Shown: positions 17,316-27,301 of the stretch, one piece after another
Layout: each line of letters starts with the position of its first letter
How positions within the stretch are numbered: the stretch's first letter is position 1
Assembly (NCBI GenBank): GCA_020437045.1
Contig: JAGQWV010000024.1
Span: 1-33,148 of the forward strand
DNA: 33,148 bases
Direction of reading: 5' to 3'
Source: Saprospiraceae bacterium
Lineage (GTDB): Bacteria; Bacteroidota; Bacteroidia; Chitinophagales; Saprospiraceae
Made by a program: the position numbers and the translations under genes
Notes under the pieces: generated by a model
What the model saw: the letters and a program-made list of their open reading frames with translations, nothing else
The model's database searches: none
What the model was told of the DNA's origin: nothing

Positions 17316-20300
17316 ATGGCTAGCAGCAAAACTATTTTTCTGGTGCTGTTTGGTGCCTTCTCTTTGATAGCGGCCAAGGCAGACATTGGCTCTCACTCTT
17401 CTTTACCCGATCCTTTCGCCAGCGTGACTATGACACCGGTGGATACGGTGCCGCCATTGAAAGACCGTGAAGGAACATATCTCGAAAACGACAACCGAAA
17501 TCCGTTTGATCTTCGTGATCCGGACATCATCGATCAATCAATAGACTACGATCCGGAATCGAATACGTATGAAATCACTGAAAAAATCGGCGATGATTAC
17601 TTCAGGATGCCCACTTACATGACGATCGATGAATACCTGCAGTACAAGGCAAGAAAGCAGGAAAAAGAATACTTCCAGCGACTGGCTGGAATCAGCTCTG
17701 CCGGCGGTGAAATTGGCCCAGATGTAGACCCCATTAAAAAATTCGACCTTTCCCAAAGCCTGATCGACCGGTTGTTTGGGGGTACGACGGTCGACCTCAA
17801 TCCCAAAGGAAATATCGGAATCACCCTCGGTTATGACTACCAAAATGTTCAGAATCCAGTTTTGCTAGAGAGACAGCAAAAGAATGGCAATTTCGACTTT
17901 GACATGGACATCCAGATGAACATGGATGGATCCATTGGTGATAAAATGAAAATCAACGCCAACTACAATACAAAATCTACGTTCGATTTTGACCGGCAGT
18001 TGAAGCTCCAATATGATAGCGAACAATTTAGTGAAGACGAGATCTTAAAGAAAATTGAGGCGGGTAACGTAAGTTTACCATTAAAAAGCACCCTCATTCA
18101 GGGCAATCAAAGTCTATTCGGCTTAAAAACCGATCTGCAATTCGGACGGCTCCGGCTAACCACAATCGTCTCACAACAGAATTCGGAAAAGAAGGACCTT
18201 AAGATTGAGAAAGGTGCACAGATCCAGGAATTTGAGATCGACATCGATGAGTATGACGAAAACCGGCATTTCTTCCTCTCCCAGTATAACCGGGATATCT
18301 TCGAACCAGGACTGAGCAATCTACCACAGATCTCCAGTTTATTTAATATCACCAAGGTAGAAGTTTGGATTACGAATGATCGCCGGGAAACCGAGAACAC
18401 CCGGAATATTGTTGCCCTTGCTGACCTTGGAGAAAATGAAAGGATGACTACTGATAATCCGAACCTTCAACCGGGTCCGATGGAAGGCCCTAAAGACATT
18501 TCCGGTGTCCGGGTTCTGCCAGACAATACATCCAATCCGATTTATAAGATGGTGGGTGGAGATCCAATGGTTCGTGATGTTAATACTTCTGTCTCGTCAT
18601 TGCGCAGTTCACCCTATAATTTGGTGCCTTCACGTGACTTTGAAAAAGTCCGGGCCAGAAAACTAAGAGAATCAGAATATACGCTAAACAGCCAATTGGG
18701 ATTCATATCGATCAATACCAGCTTACAACCGGACCAGGTACTGGGTATTGCTTATGAGTATACCTATAATGGTAAAAAATATCAGGTGGGTGAATTGTCT
18801 ACCGATTTTCCATCGGAGACAGAAGATGAGACGGTCTTGTTTGTGAAATTACTCAAGGGGACGACTCAACGAACCGACGTACCGGCCTGGGATCTGATGA
18901 TGAAAAACGTTTATTCGATTGGTGCTTTTAATGTAAGTAGAGAGGATTTTTATCTGGATGTATTTTATGAGGATCCAGGAAAAGGCGAAAAACGCTTTCT
19001 GCCCTCAGGCTCCTTAGCCAGCGAACCTCTGCTAAGATTACTTAATCTCGACAACCTGAATCCTCTGGGTGACCCGCAACCGGACGGAGCCTTCGACTTT
19101 GTACCGGGAATTACCATCTTCTTAAATACCGGTAAGATTATGTTTCCGGTGCTCGAACCTTTCGGATCATCACTAGCTAAGAAATTTGCAGATCCTGCTG
19201 AAGCGGACAAATATGTATTTCAGCAATTATATGATTCGACCATATTTATAGCACAGGAATTTTCGGATCTGAATCGATTTACCATACGGGCACGATTCAA
19301 GACCAGTGCTACCAATGAATATTCACTGGGGGCATTTAATGTGCCACAAGGATCGGTGCGAGTGACCGCAGGTGGTCAGGTGCTGCAAGAAGGTATTGAT
19401 TATGATGTAGACTATAACCTCGGTAAAGTAAGGATCATCAATGAGGCTTATATCAATAGCAGTGTCCCGATCAACGTTTCCTTTGAAGACAACGCCCTGT
19501 TCAGTTTCAACAAAAAGACGATGCTGGGCTTACGGGCAGACTATGAAGTGAGCAAACATCTCAATTTGGGATTTACCTATATGCATCTTTTTGAGCGTCC
19601 ATATACCCAAAAAGTAAATATCGGTGAAGATCCTATCAATAACCGGATCCTGGGTCTGGATGTCAATTACAGCAAGGAAGCACCTTGGTTGACCCGGTTG
19701 GTAGACGGTATTCCTTTAATTGATACCAAGGCACCTTCTAATATCACCTTTGCGGCGGAGGGAGCGGTACTCAAACCCGGACACTCCAGAGCAATTAATC
19801 AAGAGGGCAGTAAAAACGGAACCATATATATCGATGATTTTGAGGGCAGTTCTATCGGGATCGATCTGAGAACCCCGTCCAATGAATGGGTCATCGCCAG
19901 TATTCCCCAAAACGATGCCGAAAATAACAATCCCCGCTTTCGGGAATCAGAACTGAATAACAACCTTTTTAACGGAGTAAACCGTGCTCGACTGAACTGG
20001 TATCGTATCGAAACCAACATTCGTAATGACCTGGACCAGCAAAATCCTTTTACCTCACCGGTGTCTCAGCAGGATATATTTCCAAACCGGTCTCCGGTTT
20101 TTGGTTTTAATAACAACATTCAGGTATTCGATGTCCATTATGATCCCACCCAACGGGGTCCATATAACTTTGATCGTCCCGGAGGTACCCCTTATAGTGC
20201 TGGTTTAGAGGCTGACGGAACGTTGGCAGATCCGGAAAGTCGATGGGGAGGAATTATGCGGGATCTACGCAATACCGATTTTCAGGCAGCCAATATCGAA

Positions 20301-23300
20301 TACATCGAATTTTGGGTGATGAACCCTTATGCAGAAACTCCTGAAGGAAGACTTGGTGACAATGGAAAGTTATTTTTGGATTTAGGTAATATCTCGGAAG
20401 ACATTCTGCGAGACTCCCGAATGTCTTACGAAAATGGTTTGCCCACCCCCACCAGTGCCGCACCATTAGATACCACTGTTTGGGGTGTAGTGCCCATCGT
20501 TCAGGATCTTACCAGCTCTTTTAGCATCGATCCGGCTGAGCGCGAAGATCAGGACCTTGGCTATGATGGACTGAATGATGACCAGGAACGGGACTTTTTT
20601 CAAGATTACCTTCAATCAATCGATGGCCTAATTAACGACGCCAAACAAAGGATTATCGATGACCCGGCCAACGATAATTTCCAGCACTATCGCGATTATG
20701 ATCAAAATGTCAGGGTTTTCGAGCGTTATTCAAAGTTTAACAATGTTCAGGGTAACTCCCGGGCATCCGATGGTGCTACCTTACAATCAAGTACCAATTA
20801 CCCTGACAAGGAGGATCTAAACGATGATAACACACTGGTAGAAACAGAAGATTATTACGAATATGAGATTCCCATCGAATATGATGGATTTGGTGGTCTT
20901 GCCATCAATGAATTTATCACCGATACAATTCGGGCTCAACAGACTGGTCAAATCTGGTATCGGTTTCAGATACCTCGCGAACGCTTTAGCAAAAAGGTAG
21001 GGGCTATTCAGGATTTCCGCTCTATCCGTTTTATTCGACTGTATATGACCGAATTTGATCAGCCGGTAACCCTGCGATTTGCCAAATTTGATCTGGTGCG
21101 AAATCAATGGAGAAAATATACCCGAAGCCTCAAATCTCCGGGACCCGGTGAACCGGTGACCAGGCCATCGTCATTAGAATTTGATATCGCTTCGGTCAAT
21201 ATCGAGGAGAATAGTAAGAAATTTCCGTTCAACTATGTATTACCTCCGGGGATCATCAGGGAGCGGGCAGTTGGTACCTATGCCAATATCCAGCGAAATG
21301 AGCAGTCTCTGGCCATGAATATCTGCAATCTGGAAGATGCCGATGCCGCAGCCATGTTTAAAAATCTGAATGAAGATTTTCGAAATTACGACAGCTTGCA
21401 AATGTTTGTGCATGCCGAAAGTGCGGCCGATCAAATTATCGGTCCGGGTGAGACGAGTTTGTTTGTTCGTCTGGGCAGCGACTACACACAGAATTATTAT
21501 GAATATGAGATTCCTCTGGTCATGAGTGATCCCGAAGCGGCCCGGCAAGCTACCTTCGAAGAATTACCGGCAGTCGTATGGTTGCCCCAAAACGAATTGA
21601 ATATTCCATTAAATCTCCTGAAGGAAAAGAAAATAGAACGAAATAACGCTGGGGTATCCTTAACAGAACCTTACGAAGTCGTCGATCCGGCCAATGGAAA
21701 TAAGATCCGGATCATCGGTAATCCCAACCTCGGTCTGGTAAAAGGAATTATGATCGGCGTACGAAATAATCCGGATGACGGATTGCGAAAATGCCTGGAA
21801 GTCTGGGTAAATGAGCTTCGCCTGACCGGACTCAATGAAGCGGGTGGAACCGCGGGGCTAGCCCGGCTGGATCTGCAATTGGCAGACTTCGGACGACTTT
21901 CTCTTAGCGGTAATTACAGCAGTATTGGTTGGGGTGCACTCGATCAAAAACTGGCCGAACGTAGCCTGGATGAGGTCGTACAATACGATATCGCTACCAA
22001 TCTGGAGCTGGGAAAGTTTTTTGGAGAACGCTCAGGTTTGAGAATTCCCTTCTATGCCCAATATTCCGAAACCAGAACCAATCCTAAATTTGATCCCTAT
22101 GACCGCGATATCGAACTAAAAGATAAGCTGCGGGAGGCACCAGACCAAACCACCAAAGATTCGATCCGCGAACAGGCAATTGAATTTACCTCCATCAAGA
22201 GTTTCAATTTTACCAATGTCCGTAAAGACCGGACCGGTAATAAAACGAGTAAAACACCAAAGCCGTGGGATATTGAAAATTTCAGTTCTACCTACGCCCA
22301 GTCGGAGATAGAACGGCATGATCCCATCATTGAGCAAGATAATACGGAAGAAAAGCGAGGCTCCCTAGACTATAATTACTCAACCAAACCCCTTTATATA
22401 CAGCCTTTTAAAGGTCTGGCAAAAGACTCGAAGCTTATCAAGTTTATTACGGAACTAAACTTTAATCCCATACCCAATTCCTTTGCAGTCAACTCAGCAC
22501 TGCAAAGACAGAAATCAACAAAATCTTATCGTTTTTCAGAGCCGGCATTTAAAACATGGTATACAAAGAAGTTTGTCTGGCAACGTAATTATGACTTGAA
22601 TTGGGATTTTACAAAATCCCTCAAATTCCGGTTTAATGCTTCTAACAACTCGGTCATTGATGAGCTCAATGAGCGTGATCCTACTTTTACAATGGAGGCA
22701 AACCGGGATACCATTTGGGCAGGTTTGAGAAACTTTGGTCGGACAAAAGACTATACCCATAATATAAATCTGAGTTATACCGCACCGCTACAATACTTTC
22801 CTTTGCTTGATTTTGCTCAGATACGTGGCCAGGTGAATGCTCAATATTCATGGAATGCAGCAGCCCTGAATGTGGACTCACTGGGAAATGTAATCCAGAA
22901 TCAACAAACCCGTCAGTTGACTGCCGATCTAAATTTTGAAAAATTATATAACAATATACCCTACTTGAAGAAAATCAATCAGGGAAGTCGTCCAACGGCA
23001 AATAGAAGTAACAACCGATCTACCCAACGGCCCCAACAGGATGATGGCCAGCAGGGCAAGGATCGTAAGAAAGAAGCAAGAGATCCGGGTGCCATTGAGA
23101 GACTGTTTATTCGTCCGTTGATGGCATTGAGGAAAGCAAAGTTTCAGTATACAGAAAACTTGGGTTCTGTCGTACCTGGATTTCGACCTTCACCAGAATT
23201 CTTTGGATTGAGTCAGGGATGGACCGCCCCTGGGTACGAATATATATTGGGAATCCAGCCGGATGATGCCTGGTTTGAAGAAGCCATTAAACCGGAAAAT

Positions 23301-24524
23301 CAATGGATCACCGATAACATTTTCCTGAATCAGGAGGTCTTAAGAAATAAGACAACGAAATGGAATGCCGGATTAAGCATTGAGCCATTTAAAGATTTTC
23401 GAGTGGAAATTACCTGGGACTACAGTTTTACCGAAAATCATTCAGAATATTTTAAAGTAGCAAGCCCCGGTGAGGGTTTTGCCCACCTGGCTCCCCGGGA
23501 TGTGGGTAATTTCTCAATCTCCTACTACACTTTACGCACATTATTCAGGAATGATATCGAGCAGCTTTTTACCGAATTTGAAGAGCGAAGAGGAATATTC
23601 TCACAACGGCTGGGAGATCCTACCCGGCCTCACATAAACGATGGTGCCGAATATGCTTATGGATATGGCAAATATCAAAGAGATGTGCTGGTACCTGCTT
23701 TTATCGCTTCATACGCCGACCTTCCTGTGCAGGATGTCTCCCTGAGTGTATTTGATCAGAAGCCTAAGCCAAACTGGCAATTAACCTACAACGGATTATC
23801 AAAGGTGCCACTGTTCAAGGATATATTTTCGAGTGTGAGTCTCTCACATGGATACCGCTCAACCCTGTCGGTCAATAGCTACAATACGGATTTTGACTTT
23901 GATCCAACCTATACCATCATCAATGAAGTAACGGGAGACTATTACAGCCGCTTCGAGATTCCGGATATCAGTATCACGGAGCAATTGTCACCCCTAATTG
24001 GATTAAATATCAAAACTCGCAATGATATGAGTTTGCGGCTTGATATGAACAAGGCCAGAAATCTCTCATTGAGCTTCACTGATTATCAACTTAATGAAAC
24101 CAAAAGGACGGATTACACCGCCGGTTTTGGTTACCGGATGAAAAACGTATATATCGGATTTCTCCAGCCTAAAAAGAAAACACGAAGCCGCACACAGCGG
24201 AGCCAGGAGCAATCTGAAGAACAAGATAAGGATGGTAATAACCCCGCCGCCGGAGCCAAGAAAGGAAACGATCTGGAAATCAAATTTGACTTTTCATATG
24301 GTGACAATGTCTCCCTGATCCATAAGTTTGATACTGAGCTGGATCCACAGGCATCCAGAGGAAATAAGCAAATAAGGATTAGTCCATCAATCGAGTATGC
24401 TTTGACAGAAACATTAAGTCTGCGATTTTTCTTTGATTACAATAAGACGATACCTTATACCTCACGTTCTTATCCCATCACCAATATCAATTCAGGTGTG
24501 ACGGTTCAGTTTGCGCTACAATAG
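17316..24524 (+). CDS. sprA: Type IX secretion system translocon / gliding-motility protein SprA (Sov family)
   Basis: Giant ORF. The track start at 17265 is GTG. The ATG at 17316 gives MASSKTIFLVLFGAFSLIAAKA, a signal peptide, and a ~2,400-aa product, the size I recall for SprA. The sequence is beta-rich with abundant aromatic-x-aromatic strand patterns throughout, ends in a beta-barrel-like C-terminus (...GVTVQFALQ), and sits next to ruvA. The family call rests on size and overall sequence character recognised by eye. Confidence 0.93.
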   Translation: MASSKTIFLVLFGAFSLIAAKADIGSHSSLPDPFASVTMTPVDTVPPLKDREGTYLENDNRNPFDLRDPDIIDQSIDYDPESNTYEITEKIGDDYFRMPTYMTIDEYLQYKARKQEKEYFQRLAGISSAGGEIGPDVDPIKKFDLSQSLIDRLFGGTTVDLNPKGNIGITLGYDYQNVQNPVLLERQQKNGNFDFDMDIQMNMDGSIGDKMKINANYNTKSTFDFDRQLKLQYDSEQFSEDEILKKIEAGNVSLPLKSTLIQGNQSLFGLKTDLQFGRLRLTTIVSQQNSEKKDLKIEKGAQIQEFEIDIDEYDENRHFFLSQYNRDIFEPGLSNLPQISSLFNITKVEVWITNDRRETENTRNIVALADLGENERMTTDNPNLQPGPMEGPKDISGVRVLPDNTSNPIYKMVGGDPMVRDVNTSVSSLRSSPYNLVPSRDFEKVRARKLRESEYTLNSQLGFISINTSLQPDQVLGIAYEYTYNGKKYQVGELSTDFPSETEDETVLFVKLLKGTTQRTDVPAWDLMMKNVYSIGAFNVSREDFYLDVFYEDPGKGEKRFLPSGSLASEPLLRLLNLDNLNPLGDPQPDGAFDFVPGITIFLNTGKIMFPVLEPFGSSLAKKFADPAEADKYVFQQLYDSTIFIAQEFSDLNRFTIRARFKTSATNEYSLGAFNVPQGSVRVTAGGQVLQEGIDYDVDYNLGKVRIINEAYINSSVPINVSFEDNALFSFNKKTMLGLRADYEVSKHLNLGFTYMHLFERPYTQKVNIGEDPINNRILGLDVNYSKEAPWLTRLVDGIPLIDTKAPSNITFAAEGAVLKPGHSRAINQEGSKNGTIYIDDFEGSSIGIDLRTPSNEWVIASIPQNDAENNNPRFRESELNNNLFNGVNRARLNWYRIETNIRNDLDQQNPFTSPVSQQDIFPNRSPVFGFNNNIQVFDVHYDPTQRGPYNFDRPGGTPYSAGLEADGTLADPESRWGGIMRDLRNTDFQAANIEYIEFWVMNPYAETPEGRLGDNGKLFLDLGNISEDILRDSRMSYENGLPTPTSAAPLDTTVWGVVPIVQDLTSSFSIDPAEREDQDLGYDGLNDDQERDFFQDYLQSIDGLINDAKQRIIDDPANDNFQHYRDYDQNVRVFERYSKFNNVQGNSRASDGATLQSSTNYPDKEDLNDDNTLVETEDYYEYEIPIEYDGFGGLAINEFITDTIRAQQTGQIWYRFQIPRERFSKKVGAIQDFRSIRFIRLYMTEFDQPVTLRFAKFDLVRNQWRKYTRSLKSPGPGEPVTRPSSLEFDIASVNIEENSKKFPFNYVLPPGIIRERAVGTYANIQRNEQSLAMNICNLEDADAAAMFKNLNEDFRNYDSLQMFVHAESAADQIIGPGETSLFVRLGSDYTQNYYEYEIPLVMSDPEAARQATFEELPAVVWLPQNELNIPLNLLKEKKIERNNAGVSLTEPYEVVDPANGNKIRIIGNPNLGLVKGIMIGVRNNPDDGLRKCLEVWVNELRLTGLNEAGGTAGLARLDLQLADFGRLSLSGNYSSIGWGALDQKLAERSLDEVVQYDIATNLELGKFFGERSGLRIPFYAQYSETRTNPKFDPYDRDIELKDKLREAPDQTTKDSIREQAIEFTSIKSFNFTNVRKDRTGNKTSKTPKPWDIENFSSTYAQSEIERHDPIIEQDNTEEKRGSLDYNYSTKPLYIQPFKGLAKDSKLIKFITELNFNPIPNSFAVNSALQRQKSTKSYRFSEPAFKTWYTKKFVWQRNYDLNWDFTKSLKFRFNASNNSVIDELNERDPTFTMEANRDTIWAGLRNFGRTKDYTHNINLSYTAPLQYFPLLDFAQIRGQVNAQYSWNAAALNVDSLGNVIQNQQTRQLTADLNFEKLYNNIPYLKKINQGSRPTANRSNNRSTQRPQQDDGQQGKDRKKEARDPGAIERLFIRPLMALRKAKFQYTENLGSVVPGFRPSPEFFGLSQGWTAPGYEYILGIQPDDAWFEEAIKPENQWITDNIFLNQEVLRNKTTKWNAGLSIEPFKDFRVEITWDYSFTENHSEYFKVASPGEGFAHLAPRDVGNFSISYYTLRTLFRNDIEQLFTEFEERRGIFSQRLGDPTRPHINDGAEYAYGYGKYQRDVLVPAFIASYADLPVQDVSLSVFDQKPKPNWQLTYNGLSKVPLFKDIFSSVSLSHGYRSTLSVNSYNTDFDFDPTYTIINEVTGDYYSRFEIPDISITEQLSPLIGLNIKTRNDMSLRLDMNKARNLSLSFTDYQLNETKRTDYTAGFGYRMKNVYIGFLQPKKKTRSRTQRSQEQSEEQDKDGNNPAAGAKKGNDLEIKFDFSYGDNVSLIHKFDTELDPQASRGNKQIRISPSIEYALTETLSLRFFFDYNKTIPYTSRSYPITNINSGVTVQFALQ

Positions 24525-24878
24525 TCATCAACCGAAGGGATCATAATCACGATTTAATCCAAATCTGAGGGTAGAATTCTGTTACCGATATTATTGATGA
24601 TCATTCTGCCCGCGGATTATGAATTGGATTCAGGCTCGGGAAAATATTCAGGGTACGTGGAGATGGGTTTGCAAATCCAAAAGGGCAGGTGACAATCTAT
24701 ATAGATTCCTTGAGATATTAAGTTAAGATAAGAACAGGCTGTTCAAGCCGGCGACCATGTCCTTTGAAAAACTCGGGATACACCGCACTCACTACCTGGT
24801 TCAATTGGTCGACACCCAAATCGATGTTAAGACAATAAATAACCTTTTTGATATCTGAAAAGCTTAAGGAAGTTCATG

Positions 24879-25586
24879 CTAGAGTTTGCGAACGTCCATC
24901 TCCTTTTTAGGTTTCAGAGTGCTAAGCTCTACCGTTATTTGCATATATTCTCCGTCACGCAAGATATCGAGGATAACCTGGTCTTCAATGTTACGAGATT
25001 GAATATAATTTACGACGTCTTCCGGGCTCTCAATCTTTTGATCATCTAAAGAAACAATGATGTCACCCTCTTTCATACCGGCTTTGTCAGCGGGAGATCC
25101 GGACACCACTTCATTAACCAATACTCCGGATTGGCTTTCGATGTCACTAATACGGACACCTAATTTAGGTTTGTTCATGTCCGGGTTTAGCTCCATGCCA
25201 GGTCCTCCAAAAAGCTGAAAATCATTCTGACCAAAAAAATCAAAATTACCTAGTCCAAGCGAATCAAAAAGCGATCTAAGACTTTGCGGATTTTTAAAAG
25301 AATAGTTAAAAAACTGATCATCTGTCGGCATACTATCCAGGTCAAACTGTTTCCAGCGAATTGATGGCTGATCACTGCCCTCCAGAAGCTGATCCAGATC
25401 AATGGCATCCGCTTCAGCTCCTTCCTTTACAATTGTTTGTACCGTTTTATTACCATTTTCGTCATAGGTTTCTTTGGTAATCGTGATTTTGGTTTTTTGA
25501 TTCTGAGCATACGTCGGCAGATAATCGATAGCCACCAGGATCATGAGACACAGACCATATTTTAGAATAGTATTTCCAGTTTTCAT
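24879..25586 (-). CDS. Secreted PDZ domain-containing protein with no protease domain
   Basis: 235 aa with ATG start and signal peptide MKTGNTILKYGLCLMILVAIDYLPTYAQ. C-terminal PDZ domain: LGVRISDIESQSGVLVNEVVSGSPADKAGMKEGDIIVSLDDQKIESPEDVVNYIQ... Confidence 0.85.
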   Translation of the reverse strand: MKTGNTILKYGLCLMILVAIDYLPTYAQNQKTKITITKETYDENGNKTVQTIVKEGAEADAIDLDQLLEGSDQPSIRWKQFDLDSMPTDDQFFNYSFKNPQSLRSLFDSLGLGNFDFFGQNDFQLFGGPGMELNPDMNKPKLGVRISDIESQSGVLVNEVVSGSPADKAGMKEGDIIVSLDDQKIESPEDVVNYIQSRNIEDQVILDILRDGEYMQITVELSTLKPKKEMDVRKL

Positions 25587-25617
25587 AACGCAGAATATTT
25601 CAATGACAGACCAAATA

Positions 25618-25625
25618 CAAAGGTA
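25618..25625 (-). promoter_or_regulatory. Candidate -7 promoter box (TACCTTTG on the minus strand) for the PDZ protein gene
   Basis: Plus-strand caaaggta is the reverse complement of TAccTTTG. It lies 31 nt upstream of ATG 25586. Confidence 0.3.
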
Positions 25626-25767
25626 GATAGTTTGTCCATAGTGTGGTTTAGAAAAAAGTTAAATGAGCGTTAAAGGCAAAAAATCCGATCTTTATTAGGC
25701 GAATTTTGCTGTTGTAGAGGCTTGAAACCAAAAATTGTTTTAATTCGTCTCTCACCTGGCATCTATT

Positions 25768-27270
25768 ATGAAGAAAAGCTTTATTTGGGTACTTATTGCA
25801 CTTATGACCATTTCACTGCTGGGGATTATAGTGATCCAAAGCTGGTGGATTAATAATAGCATTAATCTCAACGAAGAAAAGTTTAATAAAGAGGTTTTTT
25901 CGGCCCTTAATAATGTAGAAAGAGAATTGGTGGCCAGTGAAAGCACCCTCGACCTTGATCTGTTAGGTAGCGAACTAAGTTCTACCTTGCCCGGCCATTC
26001 CCGGCTGGATTTTTACTATCGAATGGGAAAATTGGAAGATAGCTCATTGATCACTGATGATCTATCGGCTATCATGAGCAAATCGAGGAGTCGATTTCAA
26101 CAGAATCTCAATTTGATGGAGGGTATACAGGTCAGTAAATTATTGCAATCCAGAGACCTGACCGAGCGAATAGATCTTAAAAAACTTTCGGCAGCTATCA
26201 GGCGGCAACTGACCCGTAGAAACATTACGGTAGGATATCATTATGGTGTATTTTCCAACAAGAGTCAAAGCTTTGTCATTCTAGACGACAACTATGTAGT
26301 ACCGGAAGAGAGTAATAGTCAATTTTCGACCACCATCTTCAATAAAAGCTTGTACAATTCGGAGTATAGAATCAATCTGTTTGAGACAGATAATAATGTC
26401 CCCGGTATTTTATACATCAATTTTCCAGAGCGAAAAAGTATCCTCTTCAAGGATGTTTGGCCTACCATAGCCGGATCCGTGATATTCACTGCGATCATCC
26501 TATTTTGCTTTATCTATACGATCTACGTTATTCTAAGACAAAAGAAGTTGTCAGAAATGCGCACGGACTTCATCAACAATATGACGCATGAATTTAAAAC
26601 ACCGATCGCAACCATCAATTTGGCAGCAGATTCCATCATCAATCCAATGATCATAAATCAACCTTCAAAAGTTGATCGATTTGCCGGAATTATCAAGCAA
26701 GAGAACAATCGGATGCTTAGTCAAGTTGAAAAGGTATTGCAAATGGCATTACTGGACAAAAAAGACTTTAATCTAAAACTTTCGGAAGTAAATGTCCATG
26801 AAATCATTTTGCAAGCAGTAGAGCATGCCAATCTTCAGGTCGAGAAAAAAGGAGGGCAAGTGTTGACTGAATTGAAAGCGATACAGCCCAATGTCATGGC
26901 TGATCACACGCATTTGGCCAATATTGTGCATAATCTGCTAGACAATGCAAACAAATATTCACCAGAAAAACCGGACATTTTGGTCAGCACAGACAACACA
27001 TCGAAGGGAATACGGATCACTATAAAAGACAAGGGTATCGGTATGACCAAAGAACAGCAAAAACACATTTTTGACAAATTTTATCGCGTCCACACGGGAA
27101 ATCTCCACGATGTAAAGGGATTTGGTCTGGGACTGAGCTATGTGAAAGCCATGGTGGGGGCGCACAAAGGGAGTATCGATGTGCAAAGTGAACTAGGTGA
27201 GGGAAGCAGCTTTATTTTGGATTTACCCTTTGATGGTGGACAAGAAAAATTTGAGAATGGCGTTAGTTAA
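25768..27270 (+). CDS. Two-transmembrane sensor histidine kinase
   Basis: 500 aa. TM1 is FIWVLIALMTISLLGIIVI, followed by a ~190-aa extracytoplasmic region, then TM2 WPTIAGSVIFTAIILFCFIYTIYVIL. The H-box FINNMTHEFKTPIATI follows TM2 almost immediately, with no HAMP or PAS domain visible. HATPase motifs: HNLLDNANKYS, DKGIGM, GFGLGLS. Confidence 0.92.
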   Translation: MKKSFIWVLIALMTISLLGIIVIQSWWINNSINLNEEKFNKEVFSALNNVERELVASESTLDLDLLGSELSSTLPGHSRLDFYYRMGKLEDSSLITDDLSAIMSKSRSRFQQNLNLMEGIQVSKLLQSRDLTERIDLKKLSAAIRRQLTRRNITVGYHYGVFSNKSQSFVILDDNYVVPEESNSQFSTTIFNKSLYNSEYRINLFETDNNVPGILYINFPERKSILFKDVWPTIAGSVIFTAIILFCFIYTIYVILRQKKLSEMRTDFINNMTHEFKTPIATINLAADSIINPMIINQPSKVDRFAGIIKQENNRMLSQVEKVLQMALLDKKDFNLKLSEVNVHEIILQAVEHANLQVEKKGGQVLTELKAIQPNVMADHTHLANIVHNLLDNANKYSPEKPDILVSTDNTSKGIRITIKDKGIGMTKEQQKHIFDKFYRVHTGNLHDVKGFGLGLSYVKAMVGAHKGSIDVQSELGEGSSFILDLPFDGGQEKFENGVS

Positions 27271-27301
27271 TAGATAATCTTATAAAGCCTTTTTAACTGA
27301 T

